A DNA stretch of 64,000 nt from Candidatus Poribacteria bacterium (GTDB lineage: Bacteria; Poribacteria; WGA-4E; WGA-3G). Below are positions 21,894 through 32,941 of this stretch, piece by piece. The position numbers and the translations under genes were made by a program. The first letter of the stretch is position 1, and every line of letters begins with the position of its first letter. The notes beneath the pieces are model-generated. The model saw only the letters and a program-made list of their open reading frames with translations, did no database searches and had not been told where the DNA came from. The stretch lies in assembly GCA_963663765.2 (NCBI GenBank), contig CAXXUA010000006.1, positions 64,001 to 128,000 on the forward strand, in the 5' to 3' direction.

Positions 21894-22682
21894 ATGCTAC
21901 CCTTTAAGCTTGTTGAAGTAGATGAACCAATTTTGCATCTTCACATAGGAGATGTTGAGGTAGAGACTGAATTCTTTGTCAGTGAATTTGTTGGCACAAA
22001 CTCCCATCAAGAGGTTCTTGATTATCCTGGTTTGGATCGGATGGTTTTGCGCCGTGTACGGGAAGCAGCGTATAGAGCATTTACAGTATTTTTGAAAGAA
22101 TTTTCCGAACCCGCGCCATTTCTTCCCGTAGAACAGCTATCACAATATCCGAACTATCGTTTTTCTTTATTGGTGTCTGTCCCACGTTGGTACGAACTGC
22201 ATGAGATATTTCTAAATGCTCCCGACTCGCATAGGTTAGAACATGGTAATATGGTTTTTGAATATAACGGTTATGAAATTGAATTAAGAGCAAAGCACTT
22301 TATTACTGATACCTCAGCATTCTTAGTCTCATCAGAGAAATATACACTTTTTATCCGAAGTATTCAAGATACTGAAATCACCCGCTATAAGCGGAGTCAA
22401 TTCACCGATCTATCCGAATATACCCCTCCATCCTTTCATATAAATGCACAAGAGTTAAGTGAAACTATACTACATAACTTAGTAAACCGAGATAGTGCTT
22501 TATCCATAGAGCAACTGTTGATGTTTCCATCGTTAGACGACACAGAATCAGAATCGGATGAAAACCTTACTTGCTGCCCAGAATGTAAAGGTGAAGTTAG
22601 ACGTATAGACAAAAACTATTTTTGTTTGGAATGTGATTGGGATGATCTTCCAATATTAAAACGTTTTGCAAAAAGTAAATAA
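21894..22682 (+). CDS. Hypothetical protein with C-terminal zinc ribbon
   Basis: CPECKG...CLECDW; GGAG upstream. Confidence 0.7.
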   Translation: MLPFKLVEVDEPILHLHIGDVEVETEFFVSEFVGTNSHQEVLDYPGLDRMVLRRVREAAYRAFTVFLKEFSEPAPFLPVEQLSQYPNYRFSLLVSVPRWYELHEIFLNAPDSHRLEHGNMVFEYNGYEIELRAKHFITDTSAFLVSSEKYTLFIRSIQDTEITRYKRSQFTDLSEYTPPSFHINAQELSETILHNLVNRDSALSIEQLLMFPSLDDTESESDENLTCCPECKGEVRRIDKNYFCLECDWDDLPILKRFAKSK

Positions 22683-22711
22683 CTGCATTGGTTGCGTACC
22701 CAGTTTTATCA

Positions 22712-23323
22712 CTAATTTGCTGGTGGCAAAAAATGGTAATAGAGTAGTGTGTTTGCAAGTGCCACCAGTATTCCAAAGATTGCTTGAAGGACTGTATGTC
22801 GTTTGCGGTAAATCCGCGCCCAAGCAATTAGGGGTATCAACAAAAAAAGCAACAGTAAGTATTTGTTAACAATCAATGACAGGACAATTATACAACCCGT
22901 TGCAACGCTTGTGTGGAAACTAATCTTCCAGAACGGTGTTATGATAGTAAAAACAATAGCGTTTATGATGAATGCTTGACACACCCAAATTACTGTATCA
23001 TTTGCATCAATCCAATTTAGCATGATTATACCTACAAACATGCTTAAGAAAGTAAAGCATAGTGGTATTAGTCGTTCCTCTTTTGTATGTAAATGTATAT
23101 TGCTAACCCTTGAAAACCGATATAGCAGGACTATACCTAAGATGGGTAGGATGGATACGAAAATCGCAACGATTGTTAGCCAAAGGAATAATTCCTGACT
23201 CGTATTTGCAAGTTTGCCAATAACGAATATTGCAGTAATTATTGGAACAATTAACGGACTAAAAACAATAGAAGTAACCAGAGCTATCCGTGCGGGAAAT
23301 ACCGATAAAGAATTATGTTCCAT
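22712..23323 (-). CDS. PAP2-like membrane protein
   Basis: KISFH and WARIYRKRHT motifs, about six TM helices; ATG overlaps upstream TAA. Confidence 0.7.
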   Translation of the reverse strand: MEHNSLSVFPARIALVTSIVFSPLIVPIITAIFVIGKLANTSQELFLWLTIVAIFVSILPILGIVLLYRFSRVSNIHLHTKEERLIPLCFTFLSMFVGIIMLNWIDANDTVIWVCQAFIINAIVFTIITPFWKISFHTSVATGCIIVLSLIVNKYLLLLFLLIPLIAWARIYRKRHTVLQAIFGILVALANTLLYYHFLPPAN

Positions 23324-24342
23324 TAATTGCTTTTTGGTTTTTCAAGGTTCTTGACGATTTCTACTAAATCTGCCCCATGTGTACTGGGATTAACCTCTTT
23401 CACAATCTTCACGATCTTACCTTCTTTATCAATGACAATCGCCATTCGTTTTAGACGTTCATCATCCAGTTTCTTTACTGCACCGAATAGCAATGCAAGG
23501 TTCCTGTTGGTATCTAACAATAGTGGAAAGTTCAACTTATTTGCTTCTGTAAACTTCTGGTGAGATTCAGCATCATTATGTGTTATTCCAAAGACTTGCA
23601 CGTTATGCTTTTCAAAACTACTCGACTCATCACGGAGCGAGCAAACTTGTGCAGTTCAGCGATTACCAAAATCCCTTGGATAGAACGATAATACGACATT
23701 CTTCTTATCTTTGAATTTGCTGAGTTGGTGCTGTTTTTCTTCACTATCCATAACGATAAAATCTGGTGCAAATTGTCCAACTTTTATTTTAGGTAGGGCT
23801 TTCTTTAGAAGTTTAACGACATCTTCCCCGTGTGTCTTTACCTTAACTTTCTTGTCAATAGCGCGTATATATCCCGCCTTATCAATAACGAAGGTTGTAC
23901 GCTTTGAGGCATTGAACCTTTCCATGACACCGCTATACTGCTTGCTGACTTCAAATTCGGTATCTGCAAGGAGCGAAAAACCGAATTGTTGTTCCGTTTT
24001 GAACCTTTTGTGTGAATCAACTGAGTCAACACTGACGCCGAACAAGACAGTTTCGTTTTTTTCTATTTCGCTCAATTTATCCCGGAGCGATTTTAGTTCG
24101 GTCGTTCAACCACCCGTAAAGTCTTTGGGGTAAAATGCAAGGACGACGTTTTTCTTACCCAAAAATTCGTTAAGATTTCGTGCTGTGTCAGTTTCGTCTT
24201 TTAGTGTGAAATTCGGTGCAATCATGCCAACTTTGAGTTCTTTTGGTTTTTCCACTTCTTTCTCCGCTAATACTAATGGAATAATCAATGTTGCAATTAA
24301 CAGTACTATTCCAAAATGAATAATTGATGGTTTTTTTAGCAT
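23323..24342 (-). CDS. Secreted tandem BCP/PrxQ peroxiredoxin with two selenocysteines (U79, U229), 339 aa
   Basis: Three track ORFs are one frame joined by two TGA codons: FYPKDFTGG-U-TTELKSLRD and FYPRDFGNR-U-TAQVCSLRD. Confidence 0.9.
23621..23658 (-). promoter_or_regulatory. Putative bacterial SECIS for UGA codon 229
   Basis: UGA, 14 nt, then CUCGCUC-CGUGAU-GAG(U)CGAG stem-loop. Confidence 0.7.
24068..24108 (-). promoter_or_regulatory. Putative bacterial SECIS for UGA codon 79
   Basis: UGA, 15 nt, then UCGCUC-CGGGAUAAAUU-GAGCGA stem-loop. Confidence 0.7.
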
Positions 24343-24480
24343 CTATGAATACCTCACATTTAGGATGAATTACATAATGAAAAATTCTATTCGTTTTTTC
24401 ATGACCAAAACCAATAATAAGCGTTCATTATGTAAAGTATAATCTATTCTCATCTTGGTGTCAAGAAAACTCACTGGGAG

Positions 24481-24820
24481 CAGGATTATTCAGTTTTGAG
24501 AGTTTTCTGTTCTTGAGATTTACTGAAAGTTAATACACGGGTTCGGTTTCCTAACCGAACACTATCCATCAATTTTAGATTATTGAACCATGAACATCGC
24601 TCTTTAGTCCCGTAGGGACGATATGTTTATTCTTCTATGTCGTTCCTATGGAACTCAATTGGAGTGGAAAACATTTTCTATAAACATATCGTCCCTACCA
24701 AATCAACGCCGAATGCGCCTATGGCATTCGTCGGGACTAAAGAACTGGACAAGATGGTATCACATAAAATTAACGGCATAGCAATATATTATCAAATATA
24801 TTGAAAATTAAATAACCCTA
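24481..24820. mobile_element. ISAs1-derived MITE with 34-bp micro-insertion (24698-24731)
   Basis: Degenerate ISAs1 TIRs; 9-bp TSD CACTGGGAG. Confidence 0.85.
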
Positions 24821-24844
24821 CACTGGGAGTGTAAAGTTTTTTCA

Positions 24845-24988
24845 TCTAATGACGTTTGACAATCAAAATCGGTAGTTGAATTCGTAGGGGTTGGGTTCTC
24901 CAACCCGTTTGGTTTTTGAGTTTGCGTAGATCATGTGTGGAAACCACACCCCTACGAATACACAACTTGAACGTCAAAACTCATTAGG
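24845..24988. repeat. 144-bp CCTAATGA-type MITE-like element
   Basis: Reverse-complement copy of 13871-14014. Confidence 0.8.
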
Positions 24989-25010
24989 TTGCAAAATTAA
25001 GAATATAATG

Positions 25011-25553
25011 TTGTCATTTCTCTTGTGGGAGGGGTTTTCAACCCCGATTATGCACTATTCCAATTGTGAAATCGGGGTTGAAAACCCCTCCCACAATAGT
25101 ACATTTCGGACAATTAAATACCTTACCCGTTTTCATTTGGAAATAACGCCTTTTTCTTGAAGCCAAACCTTCAAAGGTACGTCCGCGTCTTTCGGTAAAA
25201 AATGACCGTTTGCATTCGTGCCACCGCCAAGGAGTTGTTGCCGAATGGGGTCGTTTTGTTGGAATAATTCTGTTGGTATTGTCATTTCTCTTGTGGGAGG
25301 GGTTTTCAACCCCGATTATACGGTATTCCAATTGTGAAATCGGGGTTGAAAACCCCTCCCACAATAGTACATTTCGGACAATTAAATACCTTACCCGTTT
25401 TCATTTGGAAATAACGCCTTTTTCTTGAAGCCAAACCTTCAAAGGTACGTCCGTGTCTTTCGGTGAAAAATGACCGTTTGCATTCGTGCCACCGCCAAGG
25501 AGTTGTTGCCGAATGGGGTCGTTTTGTTGGAATAATTCTGTTGGTATTGTCAT
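25011..25553. repeat. 268-bp tandem duplication (REP-like hairpin plus PhyH 3' end)
   Basis: TTGTCAT at 25011, 25279, 25547; the units differ at only a few bases. Confidence 0.92.
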
Positions 25554-26264
25554 GTCGTCTTTACTACGCAACCATCGATATCCATATCCATAAAACAGTC
25601 CTTTGCGTGTGATGTCAGAGTCATTTTGGCTGCGTGCATGCCATATCCGTCTGTCAAAAAAGACTGCATCTCCAGGTTTGCAGCAAACTGCCGTTGCTCC
25701 ATCAGGAAGCGACCCGTCTTCAGCTCGTTTTAGTGTATCCCATAGATGGCTTCCGGGAATTACATAGAAGTTCCCTCGTCCTTCCTGTGCACAGTCAGAA
25801 AGCCAGTAGACAACTTTGAGTGACAAACGCGGTCGCGGGGTACTTTCTATTTCTATGTTGACACGACCACTATCCTGATGCCAACCGAGTGATGAAGTTT
25901 TCCCACGCATTGATTCTGGACGTGGTGGTGTGATGATAAAATGACTATGATATGAGTATATATTCCATCCCAAAATACCCCATACCTTTGGAAAAGTCTT
26001 ATACCAATCCAAGACATTTATAAATAACTGGTCTTTACCCAGAAAATTTGGATAGAAAAAATTGTCGTGTCGTGTCATCCGTTGTTTTCTGTAGGGGTCA
26101 TATTCAGCATCCAGATGCATTTTATAGATAGCATCAATACGTTGCTCTAACTGAACAACAAGCTCTAATGGGAGTGCGTCTTCAACGAGTAAATAACCAT
26201 CTGTATTTAACGCAGATAGTTGTTCGTCAGTGATTTGATGTTGCAGATGACGTTCATCAAGCAT
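25401..26264 (-). CDS. Phytanoyl-CoA dioxygenase (PhyH) family protein
   Basis: WHQD, VIPGSH, GDAVFFDRRIWH, NxSxxxR. Confidence 0.9.
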   Translation of the reverse strand: MLDERHLQHQITDEQLSALNTDGYLLVEDALPLELVVQLEQRIDAIYKMHLDAEYDPYRKQRMTRHDNFFYPNFLGKDQLFINVLDWYKTFPKVWGILGWNIYSYHSHFIITPPRPESMRGKTSSLGWHQDSGRVNIEIESTPRPRLSLKVVYWLSDCAQEGRGNFYVIPGSHLWDTLKRAEDGSLPDGATAVCCKPGDAVFFDRRIWHARSQNDSDITRKGLFYGYGYRWLRSKDDMTIPTELFQQNDPIRQQLLGGGTNANGHFSPKDTDVPLKVWLQEKGVISK

Positions 26265-26287
26265 TTACAATTTCTCCCTACAATCAA

Positions 26288-27238
26288 CTAAGGTAGTTCA
26301 CCTTCTATTTTGTCGACAAGATGAATTGAATGGATGGCATCCCGAAGGTCAGAGTTAGGAATTTTATTGTTCTTTACGCAATCAATGAAATGCTGATGCA
26401 TTGTAAGGACACCCTCATAACTTGCAGTATCCCGTTGGTCTTCTCCATCAACTTCCCAACCTCCCATGACACTCCTATTGTTATCCTCGTAAATCTCAAT
26501 TTGTTCAGGAATCTTCATGTAACACCCGATTCCGACGCCGTGCAATTCAGAACGTAGCACACGTCCGCCTGATGCGCGATTTCCAAATACTACACCAGTG
26601 GCATTGTTGTCAAAACGGACAAATGCCGTATAAAAGTTGCGTACTTCTGAGCTAAAATTGTCACGATGAGCAGTAACTTCAGTCGGTTCACCACCCGCCA
26701 TATATCGAAGTAGGTCAACGACGTGACAGACATCATTCCAAAGCGTTGTCGTAAATTCTGATTTGCCGCCGAGTATCTGTTTGTTGAACGTTGTGACTGC
26801 TAATGAGACAGGACCTTTTTCAGTGACCCGTTGCATTGCTTCTCGTGTCACAGCTGCATATCTCCGCTGAAATCCGACCATACAGTAGACATCGTTGGCG
26901 ATTGCAGCATCCAGTAATTGTTGTGTTTCATCGCTATTTGCCCCGGGTGGTTTTTCAATGAAGAGGTGTTTTCCAGCGTTGAGACAGTCAAGTGCTGGTT
27001 GCAAAATCCACTTTTCATTCATGACACAATAGACAACATCTAAATCCACTGTATCCAACATTTTCCGGTGATCGGTGAAAGTATGTGGAAACTCATATTT
27101 CTGTGCAACCTGTGCAAGTCTACCTTCATCAAGTTCACATGCAGATAACATTTGGACATCATCTTCAAGACGGTTGACGTTTGGATAGTGTGCTCCCTGA
27201 CTGCGTCCGCCAGCACCGATAAATCCTGCTTTTAGCAT
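26288..27238 (-). CDS. Gfo/Idh/MocA oxidoreductase
   Basis: GFIGAGG, HLFIEKP, VGFQRRY. Confidence 0.9.
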   Translation of the reverse strand: MLKAGFIGAGGRSQGAHYPNVNRLEDDVQMLSACELDEGRLAQVAQKYEFPHTFTDHRKMLDTVDLDVVYCVMNEKWILQPALDCLNAGKHLFIEKPPGANSDETQQLLDAAIANDVYCMVGFQRRYAAVTREAMQRVTEKGPVSLAVTTFNKQILGGKSEFTTTLWNDVCHVVDLLRYMAGGEPTEVTAHRDNFSSEVRNFYTAFVRFDNNATGVVFGNRASGGRVLRSELHGVGIGCYMKIPEQIEIYEDNNRSVMGGWEVDGEDQRDTASYEGVLTMHQHFIDCVKNNKIPNSDLRDAIHSIHLVDKIEGELP

Positions 27239-27328
27239 TGTGGTGTTACTCCTGATATTTCAAAATACTATCGTGTATTTTATAATAGCATTCGATATAT
27301 TGCAAGTAGAATTGTCAAACATAACGAA

Positions 27329-27357
27329 TTGACATAAAAACCTATTTGTGATAGAAT
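27329..27357 (+). promoter_or_regulatory. Sigma70-type promoter of TPR genes
   Basis: TTGACA-17 bp-TAGAAT. Confidence 0.6.
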
Positions 27358-27427
27358 CCCATCATAGCAAGGGGAGTGGGGATGTTTTATCTAATGAATT
27401 ATGTAACCTACAAATGCTTTTGGAAAG

Positions 27428-28597
27428 GTGGTGAAAATGAAAGACACAAATAACAATAAGAACAAGCAAAATGAAGAAGCACTTACAAATGCGGAAAACA
27501 GTGTCGCTGATACGAAACCCGATGCGACTACCTCTATAGAAACATCTATTCAAAACCAGTTCAATGAACTAAAAAGCGAGTATTTAAACACACGATCTAA
27601 TTTCGTTAATCGGTTGTTAGTCTTTATATGCATCGTTCTGGTGTTTTTTACAATTGCAATTCCAGCAATAACTGCTATAGCAGCGTATTTTGTTTATTTT
27701 AAATTTGAGGAAGCACAAACCCAAATGCAAAACAATCTGAATGAAGCGAAAAACTTTGCTATAACAGCTGAAACGAGTGCCAATGAAGCTGCACAGTCTC
27801 TCAAAGTCATTAAGGAACATCAAGTAAAAATAAAAGAAATCGTATCAAAACTAACAAGTAAAGACTTTAGTAATCCCAATAAAGCCACAATTCTTAACAC
27901 AACCCTTCAAGAAATTATACAGAATCCTGAATTAACTCTTGAAGACAAGGCTACTCTTGAAGCGTATAGTCTGCAGCATCAGGGTAAAAATACAGAGGCA
28001 ATTGAGAAATGGAAATCAATAGCTGACACTGCAAAAGGCAAGAATAATGACTTGGTGGCACGCGCGTTTTTCTCTATAGGTTATCTTCATAATGAACAGA
28101 ATGAAAAGGATCAGGCACTCTCCGCTTATGACCAAGCTATTGAACTCATGCCAACTTTTGCTGATGCATATATGAGTCGGGGTATATTGAATAGCGCAAT
28201 TGAAAAAAATGAGGAAGCAATTGCTGATCATAGCGAAGCGATTCGACTAAAACCTGATTACGCTGAGGCATTCCTCTATCGTGGAATTGCAAAACTCGCT
28301 CTGAAAAAACATGAGGACGCGATTTTTGATTTTGACGAAGCGATCCGACTCAATCCGAATTCTGCACTTGTTTATGTACAAAGGGGTGTTTCTAAAAGCG
28401 CGCTGGGTCAGCATAAGGATGCAGTCGGTGACTATGACGAAGCGATCCGACTCAGTCCAAAGTTCGCTGAGGCATATATGAATCGTAGTGCAGCGAACCG
28501 TGCATTAAATCAGATGGATGCTGCACAGATGGATTTGGACAAAGCATTGGAACTTGCGAAGGAACAGGAGGACGAGACAAAGGTTGATGGTGAGTGA
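27428..28597 (+). CDS. Membrane-anchored TPR protein
   Basis: N-terminal TM, coiled coil, about five 34-aa TPR units (AY..RG...DY.EAIRL.P). Confidence 0.88.
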   Translation: MVKMKDTNNNKNKQNEEALTNAENSVADTKPDATTSIETSIQNQFNELKSEYLNTRSNFVNRLLVFICIVLVFFTIAIPAITAIAAYFVYFKFEEAQTQMQNNLNEAKNFAITAETSANEAAQSLKVIKEHQVKIKEIVSKLTSKDFSNPNKATILNTTLQEIIQNPELTLEDKATLEAYSLQHQGKNTEAIEKWKSIADTAKGKNNDLVARAFFSIGYLHNEQNEKDQALSAYDQAIELMPTFADAYMSRGILNSAIEKNEEAIADHSEAIRLKPDYAEAFLYRGIAKLALKKHEDAIFDFDEAIRLNPNSALVYVQRGVSKSALGQHKDAVGDYDEAIRLSPKFAEAYMNRSAANRALNQMDAAQMDLDKALELAKEQEDETKVDGE

Positions 28598-31257
28598 AAT
28601 CCTAATTAAGAAAATTATTTTGTGTAAGAAATTAGGTGGCGTATAAATGGATACTAAACAATTGAATGAAGGCGATCAACAAACGTCTGAGATCGTACAG
28701 AAGGTGGAATCTGAACAAACAGAAGATTCTCCTGATAATACGACAGATGAAGATGTTTCCATTGATAAACGAAAAATTCTTGAACGCATTTGGAAATTTT
28801 GTCTTCAACATCCTTTAGCTGCTGCTACATGCGTTGGTGTAGTTCTTGGCGGTATTGGTACACTTCTTCTTGGTATTGCTGCAATTCGTCCTGACAGCTC
28901 AAATTTGAGCTTAAAAGGTGAAGATATCGTCAAGTTTATTCAAGCTGTAAAATCTGATGAAACGTCACAAATTGAAAAATCACTGCAGAAGGTTGAGGAA
29001 AGTACTAAGGCTTCTATTATGGACAAGGCGGTGGTAGAAGCCTTCAGGTTGCAACAAGATGGGAGAATTGATGAGTCCATTGAAAAATGGCTTTCTATTG
29101 TAAATGTTGTAGAAGGAACCAAAAAAGATTTAACCGCAGCTTCTTGGTTCTTTCTTGGTAATCTCTATTCAGAAAAGGATGAAAGAGAACAGGCTCTATC
29201 AGCTTACGATAAGGCTGTTGCCTTAAAGCCAGAATTTGCTAAAGTTTATGTGTTTCGAGGTAGTGTATATGATTCACTTGGCAATTATGAAGAAGCAATT
29301 GCTAACTTTAATACTGCAATTGAACTGAAACCTGATTATTTTATTACTTACTTGACTCGAGGAAATACTCTGAGTAACCTTGGTAAACATCAAGAAGGTG
29401 TAGTTGATTGCAACAAAGCAATTGAAATAAAACCTGATTTTGCTTTTGCTTATGTGGTTCGTGGAAACGTTATGAATAATTATGGTAAGTATGAAGAAGC
29501 CATTGTTGATTGCAACAAAGCAATTAAAATAAAACCTGACTCTTCGTCTGCTTATCTGATTCGTGGTAATGCCTTGAACGCTCTTAGTAAACATAAGGAA
29601 GCAATTGCTGATTACAATAAAGCAATTGAATTGAAGAGTGATTCTGTTAATGCTTATCTGTTTCGTGGAATAGTCCTGAAGAATCTTGGCAAATATGAAG
29701 AAGTGATAGCAGGTTGCAACAAAATTATAGAAATAAGACCAGATTTCGCTCCTGCCTACTTTATCAGAGGTAATGTGTTTAGTACTCTTAATAGGCACCA
29801 AGAGGCGATTGCTGACTATGATAAAGTTATTAATCTTGAACCTGAATTTGTTGAAGTGTATTTAAATCGAGGAAATGTCCTGAAGAATCTTGGTAAACAT
29901 AAAGAAGCAATTACTGACTACGACAAATTGATAAGTCTAAAACCTAATTATGCTGTGGCATATACAAATCGAGGAACGGTAAAAGATGATTTGGGTAAAC
30001 ATGTAGAGGCAATTGAAGATCATAATATAGCATTAAATCTAAAACCCGATTAAGCTGTAGCCTACACAAACCGTGGAAATTCCTATGAGAAACTTGGTGT
30101 ATTTGTGAATGCACTTGCTGATCATCATAAAGCAATTAGTCTTAATCCTGAGATAGCTGCGTTTTATTATAATCGAGCTATTGTATTGGGAAAACTAAAA
30201 AAGTATAAGGAATCAATTGTTAACTATGATCAGGCCATAAGACTCAATCCCGATTTTGCTTTTGCTTACCTAAACCGAGGTAATATAAAGAGTTTTCTTG
30301 GAGAACATAAAAATGCGATCACTGATTATGATAAGGCAATTAATCTAAAGCCCGATTTTGCTGATGCATACCTAAACCGAGGTAGTATTAAGAGTTTTCT
30401 TGGAAAACATGAGGAAGCAATTATTGACTTTGATAAAGCTATAGATTTGGATCCTGAATCAGCTGAAGCGTATGCAAATAGAGGCACTGTGCAGAGTAAG
30501 TTAGAGAAATATAAAGTAGCTATTAAGGATTTGGACAAAGCGATTAATCTAAAACCGGATTATGCCTTAGCCTATGCTAATAGGGGGATAACGAAGAATG
30601 CACTTGGAAAATATAAAGAGGCGATTATAGATTATGACAATGCAATTAGTTTAAAACAGGATTTTGATCAAGTTATCTTGAATCAGGGGATAACCCTAGC
30701 CGACGTATACTACAATCGTGGTTTTGCAAAGGATGCAATTAAAGAATATGAAGAAGCAATCCGAGATTTTGACGAAGCTCTCACACTAGATCCTAATTTA
30801 ATTGTAGCATTGGTAAAAAGGGGTCATACGAAAAAGGTTCTTGGGAGATATGAAGAAGCAATCAAAGATTACGATAAAGCCATAAATTTGAAATCAGATT
30901 TTGAAGGGTTTTACAAAGATCAAAACGTAACGCTTGCATGGGTTTACTACAGTCGGGGAATTTCCAAAGATGCAATTAAGCAACATGAAGCAGCGATCAA
31001 AGATTATGATGATGCTATTAGACTTAAACCGGATGATTTTCAAATCCACTTTAAACGAGGCAATGCAAAAAGCAAACTTGGTCAATATAGAAGTGCAATT
31101 GATGACTATAATGAAACGATAAAGTTAAAACCAGATGCTGCGATTGCTTATTTTAATCGTGGAATTACAAAGGAAGATATAGGTCAGTATGATCAGGCAA
31201 TTACCGATTATAGTGAGGCAATTCGTCTTAAACCAGACGCAATCAAATATTATACTA

Positions 31258-32506
31258 GTAGATAGTCCATTCTAATTGTTCGGGTATAGATGTTTTAATC
31301 GTACGCGTGCATCGTCCGTTGTAAATTGCCAGTTTACCTGCTTTTGCTCTGCATTTCGCCGTTTTTGCCAGGCTTGTGTCTCTCTATGGAGTGTCTCTAT
31401 ATCTGGGATACGCCGACACAAACATTGACGCGTAAGGACACTCAGTTCTATTTCCGCTATATTCAACCAACTTCCATGTACTGGCGTATGCACGATTTCT
31501 AAACGCTTACGCAACCTATTTGCTTCCTCATCTCCAAACACTTTATTGAGCGTCGAAAGTTTGTGTATATTCAGGTTGTCACAAACTAAAATCACACTTT
31601 TTGCTGATGAGTAGTCCTGATCCAATAGTATTTTTACTTCTTCTGCCCAATCCTCTGCCTTTCTGCGCGTCCGAACAGACACACGCCTCCATCCCGATAA
31701 TGCTTCTGTGAATAGGAAGATATTTGCCGTGCCTTTGCGTTTATACTCATTATCTACACGCTTGACTTGCCCCGGTTTCACAGGATGCGGATCCCGAACA
31801 TCATCCCTAAGCGTGACAGATTGTTCGTCCATGTTCACAACAGGTATTTCTGTATCTAAAGGTTTCTGGTAAAGATCAAGCACTTCTTCCATCGACTTTA
31901 CAAACTCAGCATCTTTTTCAGGGGGAATCACCCACTGTTGCTGAAGGTGCGGCTTCAAAGCGTTTTTTTTAGTGTCTGTCTTACCGTTTCTGGAGAAATG
32001 CTTTCCACGATTTCAAGTCTTACCAATTCTGACGCAAGTAGGCGTAAAGTCCATTTAGCAGCACCTTCGGGAGGTTCGCTACAACTCAGTGCTATCAAGC
32101 GTGCTTCAGCTTCACCATCAAGTTTACGAGGTGTGGGAGGATGCTCTCGCTTAGCACGAAATAAGACACGAGAAAAACCACCTTCAGCAAAACGCTTACG
32201 CACTTTCGCGACTGTCCTATCAGTGCACTCATACGCTTCAGCTATTTTCCCATCAGTCCAACCGGGACCATTGACATCTGATTTCAGCAAAATATGAGCA
32301 TTCCTTATCTTATACGCCTCTTTTTTACCTGTGTTTATACAATCTAACAACTCCTGCCGCTCCGAATCAGTGAGTTTTACAACATATTTCTTAGTCAAGG
32401 TTGTGTTCCTCCTTAAGTTTTGCTATACTATAAGAGAAAAACTCTTGTTTGTCAAGATACTAAGAAACAAAAAAATAAATACAAACTTTTAGTATGGACT
32501 ATCTAC
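31258..32506 (-). mobile_element. IS630 family insertion sequence
   Basis: TIR GTAGATAGTCCAT / ATGGACTATCTAC; TA duplication in CTAG context. Confidence 0.93.
31272..32398 (-). CDS. IS630 transposase, two ORFs joined by probable programmed -1 frameshift
   Basis: HTH ORF plus DDE ORF (MDE, CDNL, SWLNIAE); slippery A8C near 31962-31970 gives KKNALKPH. Confidence 0.88.
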
Positions 32507-32941
32507 TAGAGGCGGTGCAAAGTTAAAACTAGCCAAATATGAATCAGCGATTGCAGATTACGAATTGGCAATTGGGTTAGATCCAAAATATACCATAGCA
32601 TATAATAATCGTGGCTATGCAAAGTTGTTTCTTGAGCAGTATGAATCTGCCCTAGAGGACTTTAATTTTGCAATTAAGTTAAAACCAAATAGCGCCCTTA
32701 TATATTATAATCGCGGAAAGGTGAACATTTACCTTCATAGGTTTCAACAAGCAAAATCGGATTATGAAGTTGCATTGAAACTAGCAGAAGATTCTGGTAA
32801 TTTAGATCTAAAAAGCATGATTGAGAAGAGAATGCTTATTGACGGTATATATAAACAGGACTCGAAAGAGTAAAAAACTTTCAAAATGGTGACAAATAAA
32901 CATTATCAATATTGCAAATTTCAATCGTAAAATCATTAAAC

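Larger units (their letters stand above)
28647..32873 (+). pseudogene. Long membrane-anchored TPR gene (about 991 aa) broken by in-frame TAA (30051) and IS630
   Basis: Frame continues across TAA (KPD*AVAYTNRG); removing the IS restores YYTRGGAKLKL. Confidence 0.88.

Noticed and set aside
25011-25553. Duplication as a DGR template/variable repeat
   Set aside because: Few mismatches, not adenine-specific, and no reverse transcriptase in the window.
30051-30053. In-frame stop in TPR gene (and 42181 in antitoxin) as recoding or alternative genetic code
   Set aside because: Both are TAA, which ends many intact genes here; no catalytic context or SECIS.
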